Source of the DNA: an uncultured Lentisphaerales bacterium
Lineage (GTDB): Bacteria > Verrucomicrobiota > Lentisphaeria > JABSQK01 > UBA12247
Reading direction: 5' to 3'
DNA length: 43,018 nt
Assembly (NCBI GenBank): GCA_943788985.1
Contig: CALSSJ010000024.1
Span: 1 to 43,018 of the forward strand
Shown here: in pieces, positions 18,244 to 28,432 of the stretch
Position numbering within the stretch: position 1 is the first letter of the stretch
Layout of the letters: each line of letters opens with the position of its first letter
The notes under the pieces: generated by a model
The model's database searches: none
Told to the model about the DNA's origin: nothing
The model's input: only the letters and a program-made list of their open reading frames with translations
Position numbers and translations under genes: made by a program

Positions 18244-20421
18244 TTGACACACAGCATCCTCACCACATTCGCTGGCGCGCTATGTTTCGGCGTAATGTTC
18301 GTCCTGCTTGCCCACGCCATGCGAGTTTCGGCCATCGTAGTCCTGTTACTCGGTGGCGTACTGGTCGGCCCATACGGCTTGAATCTCATCGCACCGGATG
18401 TACTTGGAGAAGGTCTCAAGACCATCATCGGTCTGTCCGTCGGCCTGATTCTGTTCGAAGGCGGGCTCACGCTCGACCCCAAGGGCTACCGCCAGGCGTC
18501 ACGCGAGATCGTGGGCATGCTCACCGTGGGGGTGCTGATCACCTGGGCTGGTTCTGCCTTAACCGTCCACTATGTGTTCGGGCACAGCTGGCCGCTCTCG
18601 TTTCTATCCGGCAGCCTGATCATCGTCACCGGGCCCACCGTGATCGCCCCCTTGCTCAAAAGGATCCGGGTCAAAAAGAGACTGCATCACATCCTTCACT
18701 GGGAAGGCGTCCTGATTGACCCGATTGGCGTCTTCGCTGCCCTGCTCTGCTTCGAGTGGATCATCGGCAGCGGCGAGAAAGCGCTAAACGAGCTCATCCT
18801 CCGCATCGTCATCGGCGTCGGCATTGGCCTGATAGCTGGTCTGGCGCTGGCGGGAGTCATTCGCAAACGTTGGGTTCCGGCAGATCACCTCAACATCTTT
18901 GCCATTGCCTCCGCCATCGGCATCTTCGCTCTGTCCGACCTCGTAGCCCACGAGAGCGGGCTGCTCTCGGTCACCATCGCTGGCTTCGTGGTCGGCTCGC
19001 TGGCCGGCGAGCAAGTGAAGCAGCTCAAGCGCTACAAAGCCGAGCTAATAGAGCTGCTGATCGGCCTGCTCTTTGTCCTGCTTGCGGCCAAACTGGATAT
19101 CTCAAAGTTTCAGCAGACCGGCTGGCAGGGAATCCTGGCCGTAGCCCTCGTCATGTTTGTCGCGCGCCCGGCAAACATCTTCGCCTCCACCTTGGGCTCC
19201 TCGCTCTCCCTGCGAGAGAAGCTTTTTCTCAGTTGGATCGCGCCGCGCGGGATCGTCGCCGCCTCTATGGCCTCTCTCTTTGCCCTCTCTCTTCAAGAGC
19301 GGAATGAACAAGCGTGGTTTCTGGAGATCTTCACCTATTCCGTCATCGCCGGGACCGTCCTCGTGCAGGGCTTCAGCGCGGGCGCCGTCGGTAAGCTGCT
19401 CAACGTCCTCGAGCGTCACCCCAGCGGCTGGCTCATCGCCGGCGCGCATCCCCTGGCCAGAGCTGTCGCCAAGTTCATTCTCAAGTGCGGGAAAGATGTA
19501 GTTCTCATCGATACCGACCCTCGCAACATTGCCCAGGCCCGCCGCAGCGGCTTGAACGCGCTCTGCGACGATGCACTCACCGTCACCGCAGAAGAGTACC
19601 CGGAGCTGTTCGGTATCGGAAACGTCCTCGCAGTCACCACCAACAGCGGGCTGAACTTGCTGATTTGCGAGCGCTGGCACCAGCTTGATCGAGAAGTCCA
19701 TCTTTACCGCTACGGCGTACAGCACGGCATGCAACCCCACGAGTCAGACTCTCGCGGGCAGATTGTCTGGGACCAACTTGCCCTCGGCAAGATGGTTACC
19801 GCAAACGTTCAGGAGCACGACCTCCGCCTCTTCGTCAGCGATACTGAGCCCGCCAAGCTGCGCCATCCAGACCGCGTCTTGATGTGTGCCCAAGCCGACG
19901 AACTCCAGCCAGCTTTCTTCGGCCAGCCAGATCAGAAATGCCAAGTCCTCAGCTTTCTGCCATTCGATGTCAGGCCCGAGTTCAACACCTCCCCAAATTG
20001 GATTATCATCTCTGAAGCCACCACCCTGACCGATCTGTTCCGCGAATTACTCGACCGGCTCGCCCAGAATCGTAAGATCGACATTCCAGCCCTCGAGGAA
20101 AGGTTGGAGCACCAATGCAACGACTACTCCTGCTATATTGGCTATGAAGTGGGCCTGCCCCACGCCTACACAGACGACATCACAGAATCAGTCGTCCTCG
20201 TTGCCAAGCTCAAGAAGAGCATCACCTGCCAGCTCAGCGGCGAGAGCCTCCGCGTAATTTTTCTTGTGATCAGCCCGGAATCTGCTCCGAAACAGCATCT
20301 CTCCGCTCTGGCTGAGATCTCCCGTTTCATCATGGATGATGGCAATCGCCGTGCGTTGATGGACGCAGAAGACGAAGATGACCTGATGCGCCCCCTGTTT
20401 CCCGTCACTGATACGTCCTAA
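18244..20421 (+). CDS. CPA1/NhaP-type cation:proton antiporter with NAD-binding (TrkA-N-like) and C-terminal PTS EIIA domains
   Basis: ILFEGGL, VTGPTVI.P, WEGVLIDPIG and IAPRGIVAAS in the membrane part. IAGAHP...LIDTD follows, then GYEVGLPHA...VIFLVISP...HL.ALAEISR. Confidence 0.9.
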   Translation: MTHSILTTFAGALCFGVMFVLLAHAMRVSAIVVLLLGGVLVGPYGLNLIAPDVLGEGLKTIIGLSVGLILFEGGLTLDPKGYRQASREIVGMLTVGVLITWAGSALTVHYVFGHSWPLSFLSGSLIIVTGPTVIAPLLKRIRVKKRLHHILHWEGVLIDPIGVFAALLCFEWIIGSGEKALNELILRIVIGVGIGLIAGLALAGVIRKRWVPADHLNIFAIASAIGIFALSDLVAHESGLLSVTIAGFVVGSLAGEQVKQLKRYKAELIELLIGLLFVLLAAKLDISKFQQTGWQGILAVALVMFVARPANIFASTLGSSLSLREKLFLSWIAPRGIVAASMASLFALSLQERNEQAWFLEIFTYSVIAGTVLVQGFSAGAVGKLLNVLERHPSGWLIAGAHPLARAVAKFILKCGKDVVLIDTDPRNIAQARRSGLNALCDDALTVTAEEYPELFGIGNVLAVTTNSGLNLLICERWHQLDREVHLYRYGVQHGMQPHESDSRGQIVWDQLALGKMVTANVQEHDLRLFVSDTEPAKLRHPDRVLMCAQADELQPAFFGQPDQKCQVLSFLPFDVRPEFNTSPNWIIISEATTLTDLFRELLDRLAQNRKIDIPALEERLEHQCNDYSCYIGYEVGLPHAYTDDITESVVLVAKLKKSITCQLSGESLRVIFLVISPESAPKQHLSALAEISRFIMDDGNRRALMDAEDEDDLMRPLFPVTDTS

Positions 20422-20466
20422 GCAGCCCCGCATTGCCAAGCGATCGCCACCAGCTATGGTGCGCGC

Positions 20467-21022
20467 ATGATGATTCAGATTACATTTATCGCGTTCGGCT
20501 TGGCCTTGATTACCGCCGCGGTGGTTGGCCCTGCAATTGCCCAAGCATGAGAACTGGTGGAAGCAGATCCCACGGGCGCGCCGTGCTGGTGCCGCTGCTG
20601 GCTTTCTCGCGCTGATGTGGGCCGCCTCACTCACTGCTCCGCTGCTCGCTGGCCTTTTCGGTGGCACCCCGGCAAAGTTCGAAGGCATGCTTCCGATCAT
20701 CGTGATCGTCGCTGCCATCGGTTGCTTCTTTCTCATGGATTACCTCTTCGCACGCGCGGTAGGCGGCCTGCTGCTCTTGAGCGTAAACACACTGCTGCAA
20801 TACACCTTCGCAATCGGCCTTCAGGTGCCGCTGCGCATCATGGTAGCCTTGATCTGCTACACGCTTGGCACCTATGCTCTGTTCATGCTGGGCTCACCCT
20901 ATCGCTTCCGCAACCTGCTGGAACGCATGACCCACAAGGCATCCTGGCGCCTGCCCATCAGCGGCGCGCTCGCAGTTTCCGGCATTCTCATTTGCTCAAT
21001 CTGCGCCATTTCCCCGGGCTGA
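20467..21022 (+). CDS. Membrane protein with a +1 frameshift near 20520
   Basis: MMIQITFIAFGLALITAA (ATG 20467) continues as WLALQLPKHENWWKQIPR...DYLFARAVGGLLLL...PYRFRN in the next frame. Confidence 0.6.
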
Positions 21023-21032
21023 GCCGGCCACT

Positions 21033-21719
21033 TTGTCAGACGCCTCCACAGAACTGGCAGAACTTGCCCTGATAGACACCTTCCTTCAGGCTCATGTGCT
21101 GCCCTCCCCTCCAGACTGGAAACAGCAGATCTCGCTGCTGTACCACACACTGGTGGAGATCAATCAGCGGGTCAATCTCACCCGGATCACCTCGGCAGAA
21201 GATTTTATCGTGAAGCACGTCATCGACAGCCTGCTCGCCCTTCTCGCCTTGCCAGAGCTGGGCGAGACCGAGTGCGACGTGCTCGATCTTGGCTGCGGCG
21301 GCGGCTTTCCCGGCTTGCCGCTCGCTATCTTCTGCCCATTCCTGCGCCTTACCGAAATGGATGGCACCGGCAAGAAAGTCACCGCCGTCCGCGAGTTCGC
21401 CAAGCGTCTTGAGCTGTCCAACGTCGAGGCAGTTCACAGCCGAGGGGCTGAGTGGGCCGCCCACACCGGCAAGAAGTATGACGTAATCCTTGCCCGCGCT
21501 GTAAAAGACGGTGCCTATCTGATCCGCGAGTGTCAGCGCTTGCTCCGCCCTGGTGGGGTTCTGCTCGCTTTCAAGACTCCCGCCACCATCGACCGCGAAT
21601 ACCAAGCCGCCCGCCGCGAAGCGCGACGCCTGAAGTTTGGCATCGAGCTCAGCGATGAGTACGAGCTGCCCGGCCAAGCAGGTGTCCGCCAGTTTATGCT
21701 GATTGGTAATCGGAAGTGA
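21033..21719 (+). CDS. rsmG: 16S rRNA m7G527 methyltransferase
   Basis: NQRVNLTRI, KHVIDSL, LDLGCGGGFPGLPLAI and YDVILARAV. Confidence 0.95.
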   Translation: MSDASTELAELALIDTFLQAHVLPSPPDWKQQISLLYHTLVEINQRVNLTRITSAEDFIVKHVIDSLLALLALPELGETECDVLDLGCGGGFPGLPLAIFCPFLRLTEMDGTGKKVTAVREFAKRLELSNVEAVHSRGAEWAAHTGKKYDVILARAVKDGAYLIRECQRLLRPGGVLLAFKTPATIDREYQAARREARRLKFGIELSDEYELPGQAGVRQFMLIGNRK

Positions 21720-22435
21720 CCCTCCCGGCCATCGAGCCAGCTGATTCCCTCCGCGAGAGCCCTCGCTGGGAACACCACGCCATCTTCTGCGCGTTTGGGG
21801 CCATTCTTCTCTCAACCGGCATCCTTGAGTTCACCGACCTCGCAAACCAGCCGCCCGTCGTCATCATCGTCGCTGGCACCTTCGCGATCCACGCCGTTGG
21901 CAGTCTAGTCATTCTGGCCTTTGCCAAAGTGCGCAGCTTGCAACCGCTTCGCCAGACTCTGGATGTGGTCAGGAAACCAGAACTGCGGCCGCTGCTGTGG
22001 GCCGTCCCTGCCATGCTGCTGGCGAACATTGTGCTCTCCGCGCTGTCCACCGCGCTTCTGGAACTGCTGCACATCCCGATCGCAGAACCAGTCTACGTCG
22101 ACTGGATACGTAATGGCTCGACGCTGGATCTCGCCGCCCTATTCGCAGCCGCCGTCCTGGTCGCCCCGTTTACCGAAGAGCTGATGTTTCGGCACACACT
22201 CTACAGAGCCTGCAACCACTTCATTGGTACCACCCCATCCTTAGTCATTACGGCCCTAATATTCGCAGCCTTCCACTGGTTTCTTGCCGGCTTCCTGAGC
22301 CTGTTCGTCATCGCTCTCATTCTGCAGCGAGTCCGCAATCAACACGGACTCAGCTCCTCCATCCTCGCGCACATGACCTATAACCAAATCATGCTCTGCC
22401 TCGCAGTTATCGTCGAGCGCAGCGGTGCACTATGA
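21716..22435 (+). CDS. CPBP (CAAX/Abi) intramembrane metalloprotease
   Basis: APFTEELMFR, FAAFH and AHMTYN motifs, with multiple TM segments. Confidence 0.9.
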   Translation: MTLPAIEPADSLRESPRWEHHAIFCAFGAILLSTGILEFTDLANQPPVVIIVAGTFAIHAVGSLVILAFAKVRSLQPLRQTLDVVRKPELRPLLWAVPAMLLANIVLSALSTALLELLHIPIAEPVYVDWIRNGSTLDLAALFAAAVLVAPFTEELMFRHTLYRACNHFIGTTPSLVITALIFAAFHWFLAGFLSLFVIALILQRVRNQHGLSSSILAHMTYNQIMLCLAVIVERSGAL

Positions 22436-22760
22436 TCATTGCGGAAATCGCACAGGCCCACGACGGTAGCTTCGAAATCGCCCATTCTTTATCGATTCAG
22501 TCTACGGCGCTGGCGCTAACGCCATAAAATTCCAGCTGTATATCGCCGCCGCCGAAAGTAGTGCGCACGAGCCATTTCGCGTCCCCTTCAGCCATGAAGA
22601 CAGTACTCGCTGCGAGTATTGGCAGCGCACCGGCTTCAGCCCGGACCACTGGCGAGGGCCAGTAGAGCACTGCTAGCCCGGAGGAATCGCCTGCATCGTC
22701 TGCCCCTTCTCCATTGCCGCCGGTCAGCGCTGCGAAGAGCTCGCCATCGACGCCTGCAAC
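22432..22760 (+). pseudogene. Truncated N-acetylneuraminate synthase (NeuB family) remnant
   Basis: ATG 22432 gives MIIAEIAQAHDGS. After a -1 frameshift near 22489 it reads IDSVYGAGANAIKFQ...AESSAHEPFRVPFS.EDSTR.EYW.R, with a stop TAG at 22674, then CPFSIAA...EELAIDA. It ends at about one third of normal length and is not in the ORF track. Confidence 0.85.
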
Positions 22761-24372
22761 GCCCTCACCTGCTTGCCTGAAGACGCCTCCTTGGTGCGCA
22801 CCGCAAGCACCGTCTGGCGCAACGGAAAGCAGATCGTGATCGTCTTGCCCTTTCCAACTTCGGACTCAATCGCCATGGTGCCCGAGTGGCGCTCGACCGC
22901 GCCAAACACCAGAGCCAGCCCAAGCCCCGTCCCAGCATCGCCCTTCGTGGTGTGAAAAGGTTCCAGGCACCGATTGCGCGTCATATCCACTGGGCACTTC
23001 ACAATTGCGCTGATTTTGAAGGATCTGAAACGAATGCGCAGCAGACTGATGGCAGTAGAAATCCTGCCACCTTTACACGACCCGAGAAGCCGATTGGCTC
23101 GTTTTAAAAATCGTTGAGCTGTGTTTTTGACTCCTGGTCACCGGCCTCGCCCATCAGCTCCGCGTAACCTAGTATGGTCTGCCGGGAATTATTGAAAACA
23201 TGGGCAATCCGCTGGCCATCTCGCCGAGGGTGGCCAAGCGCTCTCGTTGCACTTGCAGGCTTTTCAAAGTCTGTAAGTTCGCAAGTGCCTGCTCCAGCTT
23301 CTCATTGGCGGCATTCTTAGCCTTCGTGAGATTCCACGACACAATCAAGACCTAATCATTCTCTGAATTGAGCGAGCGCACTGAGAACTCCAAGTTGGCC
23401 CTAGATTAAATACGCGCACTCAAGTCCATATGCGTGTGTCCCAAACTGCTGCTTCCAAGAGTTCCGCCAGTCCCCGCCCGCCGCCTTCTACCTGGTCTAA
23501 GCCCAGAGCCAATGCCGCTTCCTGATTTCCTTGCAGAATGGCACCGGCTGAATTCACCACCAGCATCCCATCTGCGTCCTTCTGGAAAACGGTCCAGAAG
23601 AGACGCTAATTAAGTTCTGCATGGTCCGTCTGGGTCTTGACCTGCTGGCGCTGCCCTAGAGTCCAGAAGCACAGGGCCAACCCGATGCCCCCAATTATGC
23701 TGGCGATCATGACGCGTGAGCCCGTGCACGCTCAGGTCCGAGTCGCCGCGCGGATAAATCCGCTAGCCAGAGTTGTACGGCGGATTAGGGTCCGATTGCG
23801 CCATTATTCCCTGCACAGCCGTGTTGTCTCCTCGGCTGGATTGGTCAAGATCAATGCCGCCATGCAGGTCGTGCCCGAACACGGTAATCACCTCTCCGCT
23901 CTGATGAAGCACCAGGAACAGTCCGCCCCGGTTGCTCGCTTTGTGAATAATCTTGCCTCGCAGTTGAACGATCATGCCCGCATGTTGCAGCGTCTCCGCG
24001 CTGCCTAGGTCCAGTACCTTCGGCTGCACCTCTGCCGGCGCGGCGGAGAGCACCTCAATGCGTGGCCTGCTAATCTGGACACGGCCATGGTGAACGCAGA
24101 GCTTGCCGGTGGCTGCGACACGCTAGATCATTGCCACGCCTTGTTCCTTGGCAAAAAGAAAAATTCCGCCGGTCTCGTCGTGGATTGCCAGCGAAAGGTG
24201 GGGCCGGTGCAGAAGAGGCGATCCCTTCGATCGTTACTGCCTGCCCTGCCTCGACAGGGATGCCATCTTGATTCCTGGCGGCGCAGATGTCCGTGATTGT
24301 TACGCTCTCGGCATAGATCCGAATCATCATAAACTGAAACACCAATACGGACAGATTCGCGCAACTCGACAA
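22755..24372 (-). pseudogene. Heavily degraded membrane sensor histidine kinase (extracellular OB-fold-like domains, TM, PAS, HisKA, HATPase)
   Basis: Collinear fragments: VTITDI.AARNQDGIPVEAGQAVTIEGIA; VQLRGKI...VQGIMAQSD...RIYPR.DSDL; TM IIGGIGLALCFW..QRQQVK.QT; FQKDADGMLVVN (PAS); QRERLATLGEMASG/AHVFNN; LEPFHTTKG..GTGLGL...IESEVGKG. There are many stops and frameshifts. Confidence 0.7.
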
Positions 24373-24398
24373 ATCTGCCCCTTGGAAAAGGGAGAGGG

Positions 24399-24473
24399 TG
24401 GAGGTGCGAACCGGATTCGAACCGGTGTCTCTGGTTTTGCAGACCAGTGCCTAAACCACTCGGCCATCGCACC
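24399..24473 (-). tRNA. tRNA-Cys (GCA)
   Basis: GGTGCGATGGCCGAGTGGTTTAGGCACTGGTCTGCAAAACCAGAGACACCGGTTCGAATCCGGTTCGCACCTCCA folds as a cloverleaf with anticodon GCA, T-loop GTTCGAA and an encoded CCA. Confidence 0.97.
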
Positions 24474-24483
24474 ACACCGGGGT

Positions 24484-24511
24484 AGTATAGCGGCGGAGGC
24501 TGAGGTGTCTA
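24484..24511 (-). promoter_or_regulatory. Sigma70-type promoter of tRNA-Cys
   Basis: TAGACA-N16-TATACT on the - strand, about 10 nt upstream of the tRNA 5' end. Confidence 0.5.
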
Positions 24512-24947
24512 CGCGACTCGCCGCATTTACTAAGGCAAGAAAAAGATTCGCCCAATCTTTACATTGAATATCCATACGCTACCTTGGACTGTTGACTTTC
24601 CGTCAAACCTGAACTAAACCGAACCGTACAGCAACAAGACATTAGTAATCTGAACACACGTCCTATGCCATACAATTGTATTCCGTTAATACCTGCGCTA
24701 CTTGCTTTTCCGCTCTTGCGGTGTTTTGTCACACGGCGACTCCGCTCGACGCGCACTTCAGCGGATTTCACAAACTCTTGGGCAGCTCAGCGCCCCAGAT
24801 TTGCGGAGTTCGCACTTGACCGATCGCACCATAGCGCGATTTATCCACCGGTCTGGATTCGGGCACACAGCCGATCCCGGCAACGGCATACAAGCTTCAG
24901 ATAACTGAAACATTCTCTTAGTTGCTGCAAATTGGAAGCGCAGCCTC

Positions 24948-26285
24948 TTGCTTTTTACTGACCACGCCACTACCGCGCGTCCCGAGACCCCGCCGCTGGC
25001 CGAGCAGCCGCTCGCCGCGCGGATGCGCCCGCGTGGATTCGACGAGTACTGCGGCCAAGACCATCTGATCGCACCGGGCCGCCTGCTCCGCCGCGCGATT
25101 GACGCCGACCAGTTTTCCGCAATCATCCTCTATGGCCCACCGGGCACTGGGAAGACGACACTCGCTGAGTTGATCGCCAGTAAGACAGCCAGCCATTTTG
25201 AGCCGCTTTCTGCGGTAGTCGCAACCGTGGCCGATCTGCGGCGCTGCATCAAAGAAGCCAGTGCCCGCCGGCGCCTGCGCAGCGGACTGCGTACAGTCAT
25301 GTTCATCGACGAGCTTCACCGGTTCAACCGTGCCCAGCAGGATGTACTGCTGCCGCACGTCGAGAACGGCACGGTGCGCCTGATCGGGGCCACGACCGAG
25401 AATCCGTTCTTCTGTGTCGTCGGCCCGCTCCTCTCCCGCTCTCAGGTATTTCAACTCGCCGCGCTCGACGAGGAGGCAATCGCCAGGCTGCTGCGCAGCT
25501 GCTGCTCAGATGAGCGAGCCTTCCCCAATCATACCATCGGCTGCGACGACGCCGCACTCGAGTTTCTCGCTGCCGCCTCTGAAGGCGATGCCCGCAGAGC
25601 GCTTGGGGCCTTCGAGCTCGCCGTGCTGTCGACAGAGGCAGACGCTGCGAGGGTGACCACAATTACTGCGGAGATCGCAGCTGAATCCGTGCAGAGGAAG
25701 CCCATCACCTACGGAGCTGACGGTCACTACGACACCGCCAGCGCCTTTATCAAAAGTATGCGTGCTAGCGATCCAGATGCCGCGATCTACTGGCTCGCCA
25801 AAATGCTGGAAGCTGGCGAAGACCTGCGCTTCATCGCCCGCCGCATCGTAATTTTTGCCAGCGAAGATATCGGCAACGCAGACCCGAGAGCGCTAACGAT
25901 CGCGACCGACACAATGACTGCGGTCGAAAAGATCGGGATGCCAGAGGCACGCATCGTGCTCAGCCAAGCCGTCACTTTCTGCGCGACCTGCCCGAAGAGC
26001 AACGCCAGCATTCGCGCCATCGACAGCGCCTTGCATGACATCCGGAACGAGCGCACGCAGCAGGTCCCCGCGCACTTGCGGGATGCCCACTACGCAGGAG
26101 CGGACAAACTTGGCCATGGCAAAGGCTACCAATATGACCACAATTCGCCCGACGGATTCAGTGGCCAGTCCTGCATCGGCAGCCAGAAACGCTACTATGA
26201 GCCTGTCGATGCCGGATATGAGCGGCAGATTCGTGAACGCATGACCTATTGGGATTCAGTGCGGCGGCGCCAAGGAGGAGAGTAA
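24948..26285 (+). CDS. rarA: Replication-associated recombination protein A (MgsA/RarA)
   Basis: [46 protein letters not shown] and [10 protein letters not shown]. Confidence 0.96.
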   Translation: MLFTDHATTARPETPPLAEQPLAARMRPRGFDEYCGQDHLIAPGRLLRRAIDADQFSAIILYGPPGTGKTTLAELIASKTASHFEPLSAVVATVADLRRCIKEASARRRLRSGLRTVMFIDELHRFNRAQQDVLLPHVENGTVRLIGATTENPFFCVVGPLLSRSQVFQLAALDEEAIARLLRSCCSDERAFPNHTIGCDDAALEFLAAASEGDARRALGAFELAVLSTEADAARVTTITAEIAAESVQRKPITYGADGHYDTASAFIKSMRASDPDAAIYWLAKMLEAGEDLRFIARRIVIFASEDIGNADPRALTIATDTMTAVEKIGMPEARIVLSQAVTFCATCPKSNASIRAIDSALHDIRNERTQQVPAHLRDAHYAGADKLGHGKGYQYDHNSPDGFSGQSCIGSQKRYYEPVDAGYERQIRERMTYWDSVRRRQGGE

Positions 26286-26288
26286 GCC

Positions 26289-26858
26289 ATGACCAAATCG
26301 GAAATCCGTGCCAGCATGCGCCTCCGGCTCAGCGCCGTGAGCGACCACGAGCGAGATCTTGCTTCCGCAGCCGTCTGCGAGCGAGTTCGCGACTTGGTCC
26401 GACAGCTCGCCGCACCGCTTGTAGCCTTTTATGCCGCCGCGAATCGCGAGCTGAACCTCGCCGAGCTGCTCCCGTGGTTTGACAGCTGCGGAGTTCGGAC
26501 AATGCTCCCACGGCGAGCCGGGGCCAGCTACGAAATGGCTCGTTTCCATGTCGGGGATGACCTCGTCACCGGCCCGTATGGAATACAACAACCAGCGGAG
26601 CAGGCAGAACGCGTCCCCCAGTCTGATTCTGTCCACGCAGTCTGGCTTGTGCCAGGGGTAGCTTTTGGCCGCAATGGCGCTCGGGTCGGCCACGGCGGGG
26701 GGTATTATGACCAGCTACTTGCCGCGGTTACCGGCCCACGCGTCGCAATTGCCTACGACTGCCAAATTTTGTCTTTCATTCCGATGGAACAACACGACGT
26801 TCCCATGACTCATTTTATTACCCAAACATCCTTACTAAAAATACAGACGGAGAGTTAA
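26289..26858 (+). CDS. 5-formyltetrahydrofolate cyclo-ligase
   Basis: KSEIR, GPYGIQQP, LVPGVAF...RVGHGGGYYD and EQHDVPM. Confidence 0.93.
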   Translation: MTKSEIRASMRLRLSAVSDHERDLASAAVCERVRDLVRQLAAPLVAFYAAANRELNLAELLPWFDSCGVRTMLPRRAGASYEMARFHVGDDLVTGPYGIQQPAEQAERVPQSDSVHAVWLVPGVAFGRNGARVGHGGGYYDQLLAAVTGPRVAIAYDCQILSFIPMEQHDVPMTHFITQTSLLKIQTES

Positions 26859-26859
26859 T

Positions 26860-28431
26860 ATGTCGCCAGAAATAGCAATCGTTGCAGGCTTGGTGGTCGG
26901 GGCCATCGGGGCCTTTGCGATCTTACACTTCAAAAAGCCCGGAGCTGCTGAAACATCACGCACTGAAGGCGCAGCCAAGGAAGCTGAAGAGGTCCTTAAG
27001 ACGGCACGCCAGGAAGCCGGCCACCTGGACAAGGAAGCCAAGATCAAGGCCAAAGATGAGCTGATTCGGGTGCGGGACGAATTCGAGAAATCAACCGCGG
27101 ATCGCAGAACCGAGCTCACGGACCTTGAAAAGCGGCTCAATGAGCGCGAGGCAAACATCGAAAGAAAGATGGACCTGGTCCAAACGCGCCTCGACGATGT
27201 CAGCAAGCGCGACGCGGATCTGACCGATCACCAGAAGCAGCATAATCGCCGCGAGGCCGATTTAGAAGATCAGCAGAAGAAGCTCACCAGGACCCTTGAG
27301 GGCGTGGCTGGCATGACTCGTGATCAGGCCCGCGTCCAGATCATGCAGACACTCGAGCAGGAGCTGACCAACGAGCGAGGTACGCTCGTTCGTCGACACC
27401 TAGAGAAGGTCAAGCAAACGTGCCAGCGCGAAGCACAGAACCTCATGGTCGGTGCCATGCAACGGCTCGCCAGTGACTGCGCATACGAACGAACCACCAG
27501 AACCGTATCACTGCCGTCAGATGATATGAAGGGCAGAATCATCGGTCGTGAAGGCCGAAACATTCGCGTCTTCGAGGCTGCAACCGGCGTGAATGTGTTG
27601 ATCGACGACACCCCGCACGCAGTGGTCATCACCTGCTTCGACCCAGTGCGTCTGCAGGTCGCGCACAACGCCCTGCAAAGGCTCGTCGAAGACGGCAGAA
27701 TCCATCCCACGCGCGTAGAGGAAGTGGTAGAGAAGGCGCGCGAGGAAATCGACGAAGAGATTATTCACGTAGCCGAGGAAGCGCTGCACGAGCTGCAGAT
27801 CGTCAACGTCCCGGCTGATGTGGTCAAGACACTTGGTCGGCTTCGTTTTCGCTACAGCTACTCACAAAACGTCCTCCATCATTCCATGGAAGTGGCCCGC
27901 TTTATGGCAATGATGGCTGCCGAACTGAACCTCGATGTCCAGCGCGCGAAACGCATGGGCTTGTTCCATGATATCGGGAAGGCGATGGATCATGATATTG
28001 AAGGCACACATGCCATCATTGGCATGGATTATCTGCGCCGGGCAAATTTTCTGGACGACGAGATTCTCAACGGCGTTGGCTGTCATCATGAGGAAATTCC
28101 AGCGACCAGCCCGCTCGCTTCGCTGGTAAGCGTTGCCGATGCAATGAGTGCAGGCCGGCCCGGGGCCCGCTCCGAAACGACCGAGTTCTACATCAAGCGT
28201 CTGGACAACCTTGAAGAGATCGGTCTCAGCTTCCGCGGCGTCGAACAGTGCTATGCCCTACAGGCCGGACGTGAGATTCGCGTGACAGTCGAGCCGGACA
28301 AGATCAACGAGAACGCCGCCGCGGTTCTAGCCAGAGACATAGCCACTCGCGTCGAAAACGAGATGCAGTACCCCGGCCAGATCCGCGTCTGTGTGGTGCG
28401 GGAGACTCGGTCCATCGAGTACGCCAAGTAG
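26860..28431 (+). CDS. rny: Ribonuclease Y
   Basis: N-terminal TM and coiled coil, KH domain MKGRIIGREGRNIR, HD domain HDIGKA...HHE, and QAGREIRV...YPGQI. Confidence 0.97.
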   Translation: MSPEIAIVAGLVVGAIGAFAILHFKKPGAAETSRTEGAAKEAEEVLKTARQEAGHLDKEAKIKAKDELIRVRDEFEKSTADRRTELTDLEKRLNEREANIERKMDLVQTRLDDVSKRDADLTDHQKQHNRREADLEDQQKKLTRTLEGVAGMTRDQARVQIMQTLEQELTNERGTLVRRHLEKVKQTCQREAQNLMVGAMQRLASDCAYERTTRTVSLPSDDMKGRIIGREGRNIRVFEAATGVNVLIDDTPHAVVITCFDPVRLQVAHNALQRLVEDGRIHPTRVEEVVEKAREEIDEEIIHVAEEALHELQIVNVPADVVKTLGRLRFRYSYSQNVLHHSMEVARFMAMMAAELNLDVQRAKRMGLFHDIGKAMDHDIEGTHAIIGMDYLRRANFLDDEILNGVGCHHEEIPATSPLASLVSVADAMSAGRPGARSETTEFYIKRLDNLEEIGLSFRGVEQCYALQAGREIRVTVEPDKINENAAAVLARDIATRVENEMQYPGQIRVCVVRETRSIEYAK

Positions 28432-28432
28432 T

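Noticed and set aside
24399..24420. tRNA-Cys as an integration site for a genomic island
   Set aside because: I saw no duplicated tRNA 3' end and no integrase in the window.
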